DNA of 64,000 nucleotides, from NCBI GenBank assembly GCA_021732365.1, contig JAKFVD010000017.1, forward strand, positions 270,543 through 334,542, written 5' to 3'. The notes beneath the pieces are model-generated. The model was given only the letters and a program-made list of their open reading frames with translations, was not told the origin of the DNA and searched no databases. Shown here one piece after another: positions 48,494 through 55,915 of the stretch. Made by a program: the position numbers and the translations under genes. Source of the stretch: Methylotenera sp. (GTDB lineage: Bacteria > Pseudomonadota > Gammaproteobacteria > Burkholderiales > Methylophilaceae). Each line of letters opens with the position of its first letter. Position 1 is the first letter of the stretch.

Positions 48494-48521
48494 AGCCCTT
48501 CCCTAGTTTCAGGGAAGGGCT
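48494..48521 (-). terminator. Rho-independent terminator downstream of the 524-aa secreted-protein gene, insulating the tpsA promoter region
   Basis: agcccttccct (48494-48504) pairs with agggaagggct (48511-48521). On the minus strand it is followed by TTTGTGCT. Confidence 0.65.
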
Positions 48522-48579
48522 GCCGTTTTATCTATTCGTTACAGATATAAAAACATTCTGTTTTGAATAAACCACTCAA

Positions 48580-50154
48580 CTAGATTGAATCGAAAGCTTG
48601 CAATGGTGCGCAAGTATTACCATTACGTGAGAATCTTGATACAAAGTTTCTGTATGGATTGCCAGTAGCTGGGTTGTTGCCAACATATGGCGTAAATTGT
48701 GGTAATGATGCAAACGCATTTGGTACTGATACGAATTGACCACCATCATTGCCTGTGTAACGTGTAGAACCAGCACGTCTTACAAACTCGTTATAGAAGC
48801 TTTGTTTAATTGGAGTAGCTGATAAAGCAGGCACTACATCACCATTTACGTTAGTGACTGTTGTGTTGCGTGATTGGATTGATAACTCCACCACAAAGTC
48901 ATAAGAACCATTTAACAAGTTTGCTTTTGATGGCGCAATACCTGTGGCACCAGCTGAAGAAGCTTGTGTACCTGAACCATTAGCAGGGCCTGAGTAAGTG
49001 TAAGTACCTGCACCATCCAAATGACGGAATGTGTAACCTGCACCGCCAGTACCAGCGGTTACATAGCTGTCTAAGGACAATACGCCGATTGCTTTACCTG
49101 CTGATGGCAGCCTGTTGAACAATACGCTGTAAAACACACCACTTGCACCTTGCACATTAAACACTGTGCGGTTGTTAGCGGCTGTTAAGCATGAACGCAA
49201 ATTACCTGATGATGAGTTTTCTACTACCGTGTAACCTAAACTTGGATCAAGAACAAACGGATCTGCTGAAGTACCTGAGCCACCAATTAGAGTCGGGCTT
49301 TGCTCAGCTGATATTGGTGCATTTCCCGCAAAACCGCCTGATGCCCCATTACACGGAAAACCTGAGAAAAAGAAATTGTATGAAGATTGTGTGCCAGAAC
49401 CATTTGGACGACGACATACGATTACTGGGTTGGTTGCTGCTGGCGAATTATCAATGCTTGACCAATCGGTAATTCTACCTGCCAACATTGCACCGTATTG
49501 TGCGCGGCTGATAGAAGTATTCGCATTAACTGCGTTAGTTGCCACAATACCCATCATAATTTGGTTAACTGGTAGGTTGGTTAGACGAGCTAACTCAGCC
49601 GCGCTTAATGCTGGTTGACCATTTTCTGTGTTATATGGCTCAGCAAACAAAGCTGGTTCTACGTCAGAAATACCAAAATCTGGCACTAAACCTGTGTTAG
49701 ATGATGTTGCATGACCAGCAACACCTGGGTCAATACCTGTTGTAGTACATGAAAAAGAATATGGGCTTGCTGCTGTTGGTGTTGTTGCAGTACAGCTGTT
49801 AAAATCAATAGTTTGAATACGTGCTGCACGGGCCACTGGGTCTACACCAAATACTGAACCACCTTGTGAGCGTTTGATAAATAAAATAGGAGTACCTACT
49901 GCAACACCTGGGATACCAGCGGCTGCTTGGCCCAAGAATGCGCGATGCAAAGGCGCTGTTGCTGAGTCACTAGTACGAATGCCAGTAACGCCTGTTAACA
50001 TACTAGAAGCAAGATCAGCTAAAAAGTTATCTGGTGCTGAAGCGCCAGATAAAAAGATTACGCGTGTACCTGCTGGAATAGTGACTGATGCTGCTTGTGC
50101 TGACAAAGCAGCTAAAGCTAAACCGCATGCTACTGCAATTTTTGTAAATTTCAT
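48580..50154 (-). CDS. Secreted protein of unknown function (weak periplasmic-binding-protein / PstS-like resemblance)
   Basis: Signal peptide ending LSAQA/AS. Blocks FLSGASAPDNF and CRRPNGSGTQSSYNFF are reminiscent of the PBP-like fold. Several Cys residues. No PEP-CTERM signal. Confidence 0.4.
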   Translation of the reverse strand: MKFTKIAVACGLALAALSAQAASVTIPAGTRVIFLSGASAPDNFLADLASSMLTGVTGIRTSDSATAPLHRAFLGQAAAGIPGVAVGTPILFIKRSQGGSVFGVDPVARAARIQTIDFNSCTATTPTAASPYSFSCTTTGIDPGVAGHATSSNTGLVPDFGISDVEPALFAEPYNTENGQPALSAAELARLTNLPVNQIMMGIVATNAVNANTSISRAQYGAMLAGRITDWSSIDNSPAATNPVIVCRRPNGSGTQSSYNFFFSGFPCNGASGGFAGNAPISAEQSPTLIGGSGTSADPFVLDPSLGYTVVENSSSGNLRSCLTAANNRTVFNVQGASGVFYSVLFNRLPSAGKAIGVLSLDSYVTAGTGGAGYTFRHLDGAGTYTYSGPANGSGTQASSAGATGIAPSKANLLNGSYDFVVELSIQSRNTTVTNVNGDVVPALSATPIKQSFYNEFVRRAGSTRYTGNDGGQFVSVPNAFASLPQFTPYVGNNPATGNPYRNFVSRFSRNGNTCAPLQAFDSI

Positions 50155-50251
50155 GATGTTTCCTCTGAATTAAAGTTTTAGTTTTTAAACAGGCTGCTTA
50201 GTACAAGACAGCCTATTTATAATTAAATAAGATTATCTAAATAAGATTTTC

Positions 50252-51109
50252 TTAAGCAGCTTTGTTACGACGACGTGCAATACCAGCCACCAAACCTAAA
50301 CCAGCTAACAACATGGCATATGTTTCTGGTTCTGGCACTGGCGCTACTGCAATGCGCAAACGCCATTCGTCATTTTGTAAATAAGTGCTTACAACAACTG
50401 GTGCATTGTCAAATGAAAGCAATTGTTGAACTAACGCAGGTGTATTTTGTGAACCAACTGTAGTTGTTTGCGCCAATAAAAATATACCTGTTGATGCACC
50501 TAAAACATTGGTTGTATCGGTAATATTGTTATTGTATGTACTACCATAAATACCTGCGTAAGCAGGACCGTTTGTTGAAGCTGTTACGGCAAATGTATCT
50601 TCTGCAGGCTCAATAATGAAGCCGTTTGAATTCAGTGCATAAGTTTGCCAAAGCGTGGCTGCTTGAGTCAAACGTTGGTTAGTTGATGTTAACGGGCCTG
50701 AATCACCTTCTGTAAACAATACACGTCTACGTCCACCTACATCAACTGCACCCAGATTCCACTGTACTTGAGAAAAGTCAGCAAAATTAGCTGTGCTAAA
50801 ACCAGTTAATGCTTGGTCAAAAATAACGCCATCAGCACCAATTAATGAAGAAGCCACTCTAGCATTTGTTAAAACATCCACATTACCTGCTGCTGTTGCT
50901 GGTGAATCTAAACCTGCTAAATCGTGAAAAACTCTATCCCAGTTTAAATCGTATGTATAACCGATACCTGCATTAACATCCCATGCACTGAACACAAACT
51001 CTGAGCTACCTGTCGTTGTTCCTGGTGCAATTGAAATAATAGCGTTTGCTGACATTGAAGATGCAGCTAAAACTACTGCCGCAACTAATGTGTTTAATTT
51101 AATTTTCAT
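50252..51109 (-). CDS. PEP-CTERM sorting-signal protein of unknown function
   Basis: C-terminus APVPEPETYAMLLAGLGLVAGIARRRNKAA. The start at 51109 (MKIKLNTLVAAVVLAASSMSANA) gives a signal peptide. The track ORF extends to 51163. Confidence 0.85.
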   Translation of the reverse strand: MKIKLNTLVAAVVLAASSMSANAIISIAPGTTTGSSEFVFSAWDVNAGIGYTYDLNWDRVFHDLAGLDSPATAAGNVDVLTNARVASSLIGADGVIFDQALTGFSTANFADFSQVQWNLGAVDVGGRRRVLFTEGDSGPLTSTNQRLTQAATLWQTYALNSNGFIIEPAEDTFAVTASTNGPAYAGIYGSTYNNNITDTTNVLGASTGIFLLAQTTTVGSQNTPALVQQLLSFDNAPVVVSTYLQNDEWRLRIAVAPVPEPETYAMLLAGLGLVAGIARRRNKAA

Positions 51110-51473
51110 GCCGTTTACTCCTAAAAATAAAAAAATGTAAAACTGAACTTCTAAACCACTCAAAAAAATACTTCAAAAATCTGTCGCTTAATATCTGCGT
51201 CGTTTAAAGCCATTTAACAAAATCACTCGCAACATCTTTATGTTTAAGATGCATAGCCCACTTATGTAATATGTAATAAGCAATCGCTATTGCTTTACGA
51301 CCGTTACCATATTAATTAGGCAATATGAAACCAACATGTTCAAACATAGTCTGTTCGGCTTACATACTTTTTTTATTAAAGCTTTTTAGAAATGCGTTGC
51401 TTTATTTTATAAAAACGCTTTTATTGATTGTGTGGATAATGCCGCTTAAATGTGACAAGCATTAAAAAATGGC

Positions 51474-51491
51474 ATAGTCCTATCGGACTAT
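51474..51491. promoter_or_regulatory. Perfect 7-4-7 palindrome ATAGTCC-TATC-GGACTAT in the large spacer between the PEP-CTERM gene and dsbC
   Basis: Read directly from the sequence. Related copies: ATAGTCCTA at 7329-7337, TAGGACTAT at 37444-37452, CATAGTCTGTTCGG at 51345-51358, and AAGACTAT at 4151-4158 and 37384-37391. Confidence 0.45.
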
Positions 51492-51651
51492 AAAAAAATA
51501 GGCTTTACTGCCTGTAAAGGCCGCTGCTAAAGGCTTAGGCGCTGTAGTTACGGCGCGTCATCATTACGTCATTTTTCATTCTTATGATGTGATTATTCAT
51601 TATTGTGATGTTTATTTTTTTCTCATTTTTATCGTTTTTAAAAGGTTAACC

Positions 51652-52401
51652 ATGTCTTATTTCAATCGCACATTTATTAATCAAACCTTAACCATGTGCT
51701 TAATTTCTGCTGGTTTATACACCGTGTCATTGCCTGTTTTGGCGGATGAAGCCAGTGATATTGCGGCTATTAAATCTAATTTAGAAGCCAGAAAACCACC
51801 GTTGCTGGCAAAAAGCATTCAAGCATCACCTATTGCAGGCTTGTATGAAGTGTTTGCCAATGGCAATATTCTGTATGTTAATAAAAATGTGTCGCACGTG
51901 ATTGTTGGCGGCGCTTTGTTAGATGGCGCAACCAAGCAAAACTTAACGGCGGAAAGATTAAAAGTTTTGACCACCATTAAATTTGACAGCCTGCCACTTA
52001 AAAACGCCATTGAAATTAAAAAAGGCACTGGCGCGTATAAATTTGCCGTGTTTTCTGACCCTGATTGCCCATTTTGCAAAACATTAGAGCAAGGTTTAGA
52101 TAAGCTGGATTTAACCGATTACACAGCTTATGTGTTTTTATTCCCGTTAAAAGAACTGCACCCTGATGCAGTGGCAAAAGCAGAATCAATTTGGTGTGCG
52201 AAAGATAAAAAAGAGGCATGGACTAACTTAATGGTGAAAGGCGATGAGCCAGCAAAAGCAACTTGCGCCAACCCGATTGCAGAAAATGAAAAACTGGCTA
52301 ATCAATTAGGTGTGGCGGGCACCCCGACTATTTATTTACAAGATGGCCAACAAACACAATCGCCACAAGAGTTGGTTAAGGCGATTAAAAAAGAGATTTA
52401 A
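51652..52401 (+). CDS. dsbC: DsbC/DsbG-family periplasmic thiol:disulfide isomerase
   Basis: Signal peptide from MSYFNRTF (AGG-type RBS upstream). Thioredoxin-fold active site DPDCPFCK. GTPTIY cis-Pro loop region. Confidence 0.85.
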   Translation: MSYFNRTFINQTLTMCLISAGLYTVSLPVLADEASDIAAIKSNLEARKPPLLAKSIQASPIAGLYEVFANGNILYVNKNVSHVIVGGALLDGATKQNLTAERLKVLTTIKFDSLPLKNAIEIKKGTGAYKFAVFSDPDCPFCKTLEQGLDKLDLTDYTAYVFLFPLKELHPDAVAKAESIWCAKDKKEAWTNLMVKGDEPAKATCANPIAENEKLANQLGVAGTPTIYLQDGQQTQSPQELVKAIKKEI

Positions 52402-52425
52402 AAGAATCATTGATTTGGTAAAAAA

Positions 52426-52456
52426 ATAAAAGCGATTAAGTTCGCTTTTATTTTGC
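52426..52456. terminator. Bidirectional rho-independent terminator between convergent dsbC and epsA
   Basis: ataaaagcga (52426-52435) pairs with tcgcttttat (52442-52451). An A-run lies upstream and a T-run downstream. Confidence 0.7.
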
Positions 52457-52518
52457 CTAAGTTTTAAATGCTCATTGATTTTTTACAGTGAGATTAAACT
52501 GATACTTTACTCAATAGC

Positions 52519-53373
52519 TTAGTTATTTCTAACCTTAACCAAACCCAATTTAGCGGCCTTAACCGCAGCCTGTCCGCGATTTTGTACATCTAATTTGCGC
52601 AAAATATTTTGCACATGATTTTTAACGGTAAGCGGGCTAATATCTAAAATAGTCGAAATTTCCCAGTTAGTTTTGCCCATGTGCACCCACTGCAAAATCT
52701 CTGATTCTCGCCCTGTGATTTTTTTTGCGGATTTGCTCACTTGTACCACGCTGCTGCGATTGCTGGTTACACGAATGAGCGCGCAGTGCAGGTGCGGCAT
52801 AATTAGTTCTAATACTCTGGAATGGTTGTTACTGATTTTTTTGGATAAACGCCCAAACACCACAAATGTGGATATTCTGGTGTGATTATCGCCAAAGCCA
52901 TGCGCCAAGAAATCGCCCATTTCAGAGGCTTTTAAGCTAGCTTGTGGTAAGTTAATCACCGAATATTGGTTAAATTCGTTTGCCTGCATTTGATTGGTGG
53001 CTAAAACAGGTTGCGCGGTTTTTTTCCAGGCATGCAGCGCTTGGCTGACCAAACCCACTTCACGCTCTATCGCTTCATTAAAACGTGTTTCATCAAAATA
53101 ACGCGAGCTGGTGAAATATTCAAAATCATAATCTTCAGTTTCGTTAGATTTAATGCCAAAAATCATCACTTCGTGTGCAAGCAAATATTGAAAGCCTGCC
53201 TGCAGCCAGTTAAATAAATGCGTGCGTTGCGATAAGCGCAGCGACTCTTCAATGACTTCCATAAAAACAACACGCTGCTCGTCATCTAAGCAAGCTTCGG
53301 CTTTTACGGGTTCATCGAGATTAAAATTTGAGCTAATAATCATGCATTTTTGTTTGTTTGTGCACAAACACAT
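52519..53373 (-). CDS. epsA: LuxR-family transcriptional regulator (EpsA-type, exosortase/EPS-locus associated)
   Basis: C-terminal HTH: GRESEILQWVHMGKTNWEISTILDISPLTVKNHVQNILRKLDVQNRGQAAVKA. The N-terminal ~200-aa domain is not a receiver and not an obvious autoinducer-binding domain. Confidence 0.8.
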   Translation of the reverse strand: MCLCTNKQKCMIISSNFNLDEPVKAEACLDDEQRVVFMEVIEESLRLSQRTHLFNWLQAGFQYLLAHEVMIFGIKSNETEDYDFEYFTSSRYFDETRFNEAIEREVGLVSQALHAWKKTAQPVLATNQMQANEFNQYSVINLPQASLKASEMGDFLAHGFGDNHTRISTFVVFGRLSKKISNNHSRVLELIMPHLHCALIRVTSNRSSVVQVSKSAKKITGRESEILQWVHMGKTNWEISTILDISPLTVKNHVQNILRKLDVQNRGQAAVKAAKLGLVKVRNN

Positions 53374-53512
53374 TTTATAAGTTGGAAGCAGTTTGGCCTT
53401 GTTTAGTGACAGCGTGATTAAGGTTAGATGGCAGTTTTTTTACAGTTTTGTAACAAAAGCCTAGTCATGTGCATCACTAAAAACTGTCATATTGATAGTG
53501 AATAATAGGCAG

Positions 53513-54127
53513 ATGAAAAAAATTAACCTATTCAATTTAAGTATTTTGATGTGTATTAACAGTGCCTTAGCCAATGCCGATGTGCTGATTGACCTTGAAC
53601 AAACAGACGAAATTAGCATTATGAATACGCAATTGGATCATCGATTTACGCTAAAAATCGCTGAGCCTGCAGAAACTGAATCGGTTGAATTGGCGCAATT
53701 AACTAGTCCTGCACACTCTGATTCTGCTCACGCCATTAAACACTTGCCATACCATGAAGAAGTTTTAGCGGCAGCCGACTTGACTGCACTAGAACCTGCA
53801 CTGATTCATGCGGTGATTACAGTGGAATCGAAACATAACGCGCTGGCAAAATCGCACAAGGGCGCTTATGGTTTAATGCAGCTAATGCCAGCGACTGCCA
53901 AGCGTTTTCATGTAAAAGATAAGCGCAATGCTGGGCAAAATATTTTGGCTGGTGCCCAATATTTGCGCGAATTACTCACGTTATTTAAGGGTGATTTAAA
54001 GTTAACGTTGGCGGCGTATAACGCAGGGCCGGGTGCGGTGCAAAAATATCGCAACCGTATTCCGCCGTATCGCGAAACCATGCGCTATGTGCCAAAAGTG
54101 CTTAAATATTATCGGCAATATTCTTGA
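53513..54127 (+). CDS. Soluble lytic transglycosylase (SLT domain) protein
   Basis: Signal peptide MKKINLFNLSILMCINSALA. SLT motifs VESKHNALAKS (catalytic Glu), AYGLMQLMPATA, AAYNAGPGAV. The track ORF starts at TTG 53492. Confidence 0.85.
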   Translation: MKKINLFNLSILMCINSALANADVLIDLEQTDEISIMNTQLDHRFTLKIAEPAETESVELAQLTSPAHSDSAHAIKHLPYHEEVLAAADLTALEPALIHAVITVESKHNALAKSHKGAYGLMQLMPATAKRFHVKDKRNAGQNILAGAQYLRELLTLFKGDLKLTLAAYNAGPGAVQKYRNRIPPYRETMRYVPKVLKYYRQYS

Positions 54128-54175
54128 AAACTTTATAACAAATGTAGTTTAAGCAAAAAACCACTCGCTTTCGTC

Positions 54176-54195
54176 ATACCAGCGGAGGCTGGTAT
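54176..54195. repeat. REP-like hairpin (TTCGTCAT-ACCAGC-GGAG-GCTGGT-ATCC type)
   Basis: ataccagc (54176-54183) pairs with gctggtat (54188-54195). The flanking tttcgtcat is shared with the second copy. Confidence 0.6.
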
Positions 54196-54330
54196 CCAGG
54201 CAAGCGACAGGTTAATTAATCTGTCAGTAGTAGTAAATTTATAATTTTATTTTTACAGACATCACTTTGAATTAACATTTTGAGCATGAGTGAATTCAAC
54301 AAATGTAGCTCAATATCCACCTTGACTGGC

Positions 54331-54348
54331 TTCCCGCCTACGCGGGAA
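54331..54348. repeat. REP-like hairpin, inverted orientation (GGCTTCCCGC-CTAC-GCGGGAATGACGAAA)
   Basis: ttcccgc (54331-54337) pairs with gcgggaa (54342-54348). The reverse complement reads TTTCGTCATTCCCGCGTAGGCGGGAAGCC, related to the first copy. Each copy is preceded by AACAAATGTAG (54139 and 54298). Confidence 0.6.
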
Positions 54349-54422
54349 TGACGAAATTGTTGGCTTTTAAGCTCATGGTTGTTTTGTTCAAATGGATCAA
54401 TTAATTTTTAATCAAAAAACTG

Positions 54423-55076
54423 TTAAGTAGCGGGTTCGGTAAGAAAATTTGCAACTGGTGGAATAACAGGCTCTGCAATAGGCTCTACAACAGGGCCACT
54501 TTCAGGAATAGCAGCAGGCACGCTAACAAGCGGAGCAACGACTGAACTACCAGGTGTGTAAACAAAGCGCCATTTTTCATAGCTTTCTGCTTCATCAAAA
54601 GCTTCAAACTCTGGCGGTAAACCCGCTTTTTTGATGGGTTTTAATTTAGAGCTGCTGTAAACGCCTGTAATTTGGCCTTGTTGCAAGACCAATTTCCATT
54701 CTTTGTTACGCGCAATTGGGTCTGTATACAGCTGGCGAATATGGCGCTTAACAACTGGAAAGCGTGTATCTAATATTAAATCTTGCAGATTTTGCGGAAA
54801 TTGTTTGGTGTTACTGGGGCTGTTTTCGTAATAGCTGCCAATCGCATTACGATAGGCTTGGCCAATAAATAACAGCTCTTTTTCGCGTTCGCGTTGCGAA
54901 TCTTGGTGCCATACAATGCCCACTCCTGCCATGCCAATACCAGCAATGGCAATCACCGCCAGCAAACCCATGTAAGTAAAACCTGTTTGTTGAAATGTTT
55001 TATTTCTACCATTGGGCATAAGGTGTACCGTCTTTAGCATTGCCTGGCGCGCCGCTATGAATATCGTAAATTTCAC
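54423..55076 (-). CDS. Minor pseudopilin-like protein lacking the conserved Glu5
   Basis: Prepilin-type N-terminus QQTG/FTYMGLLAVIAIAGIGMAGV, with Gly at +5 instead of Glu. Likely start at M20 (55019) or M13 (55040). It is the last gene of the pseudopilin trio. Confidence 0.6.
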   Translation of the reverse strand: MKFTIFIAARQAMLKTVHLMPNGRNKTFQQTGFTYMGLLAVIAIAGIGMAGVGIVWHQDSQREREKELLFIGQAYRNAIGSYYENSPSNTKQFPQNLQDLILDTRFPVVKRHIRQLYTDPIARNKEWKLVLQQGQITGVYSSSKLKPIKKAGLPPEFEAFDEAESYEKWRFVYTPGSSVVAPLVSVPAAIPESGPVVEPIAEPVIPPVANFLTEPAT

Positions 55077-55425
55077 CCTCTAATGGCGGCTCTGGTGGCG
55101 TGAGTAACCACGTTTCGCCACTTTCAGTAATGGGGTCTATTGGTAATTTTCGGATATATTTTTTTTCTACCAAGTCATCCAGCGTTGCTGGGTAGCGGTC
55201 ATTATCTGCATAATATTTATCAATACCCTCGCGCAGCGTATTTAAGTCATGCTGCAGTGCCGCCTCTTTTGCGCGATCGACACTGTTAAAATATCTAGGC
55301 GCAGCCAGCGTTAATAGCAAAGCCAGAATCGCCAAAACGACCAGCATTTCTACCAAAGTAAAACCCGACTTAACGCTAAAATTCACGTTAAAACTGAGTC
55401 TTTTTATTGTAGTTTTATTTACCAT
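55006..55425 (-). CDS. GspG-like pseudopilin paralogue
   Basis: KSG/FTLVEMLVVLAILALL cleavage/methylation motif. GspG-like body PRYFNSVDRAKEAALQHDLNTLREGIDKYY...RKLPIDPIT. Confidence 0.75.
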   Translation of the reverse strand: MVNKTTIKRLSFNVNFSVKSGFTLVEMLVVLAILALLLTLAAPRYFNSVDRAKEAALQHDLNTLREGIDKYYADNDRYPATLDDLVEKKYIRKLPIDPITESGETWLLTPPEPPLEGEIYDIHSGAPGNAKDGTPYAQW

Positions 55426-55904
55426 TTTGAATAAGGCACGCCATTAATACCTAATTGCTGGCTTTGCGAATACACATCAAATACATCATCGCCCGCAACG
55501 GGATCGGCCGCTTCACTGGCATAACTGCGCAAGCCCCAATTATTGGGCAAATCGTCACTTTCTGCGTTTGTGACAGGCGTCATTGGATCTAGCGGAATGC
55601 GGCGTAAAAACTTGAGTTTATTTTTATTGGCATCTTTTTCATTCACCACGCCACTCACCAAAATTTCTAAATTGGGTGGATAACCCGTGTCTTCAATACT
55701 TTTTTTAATACGGCCATCATCTGCGGCTTTTTTATAGGCATCTATCGCCTCACGAATTTGGCGCAAATTGGCACGCAGTTCGTTTTCTTTACTGCGCTGC
55801 ACAGTCATTTTTAGCATAGGCATCGCCACGCTTGCCAACACTGCCACAATGGTTACGGTGACAATTAATTCAATTAAGGTAAATCCTTTTAAACGCGGCT
55901 TCAT
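55419..55904 (-). CDS. GspG-like pseudopilin paralogue
   Basis: LKG/FTLIELIVTVTIVAVLA motif. RSKENELRANLRQIREAIDAYKKA...LRRIPLDPMT. Confidence 0.75.
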   Translation of the reverse strand: MKPRLKGFTLIELIVTVTIVAVLASVAMPMLKMTVQRSKENELRANLRQIREAIDAYKKAADDGRIKKSIEDTGYPPNLEILVSGVVNEKDANKNKLKFLRRIPLDPMTPVTNAESDDLPNNWGLRSYASEAADPVAGDDVFDVYSQSQQLGINGVPYSKW

Positions 55905-55915
55905 GCTGTCAATTT

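Noticed and set aside
50252-51163. N-terminal extensions of several track ORFs: 50252-51163, 51589-52401, 27750-29069, 53492-54127, 58622-59281 and 59811-60728.
   Set aside because: The extended forms bury the signal peptide or overlap the upstream gene by 60-100 nt. Internal ATG starts give canonical signal peptides or TAATG/ATGA coupling, so shorter coordinates were preferred or noted.
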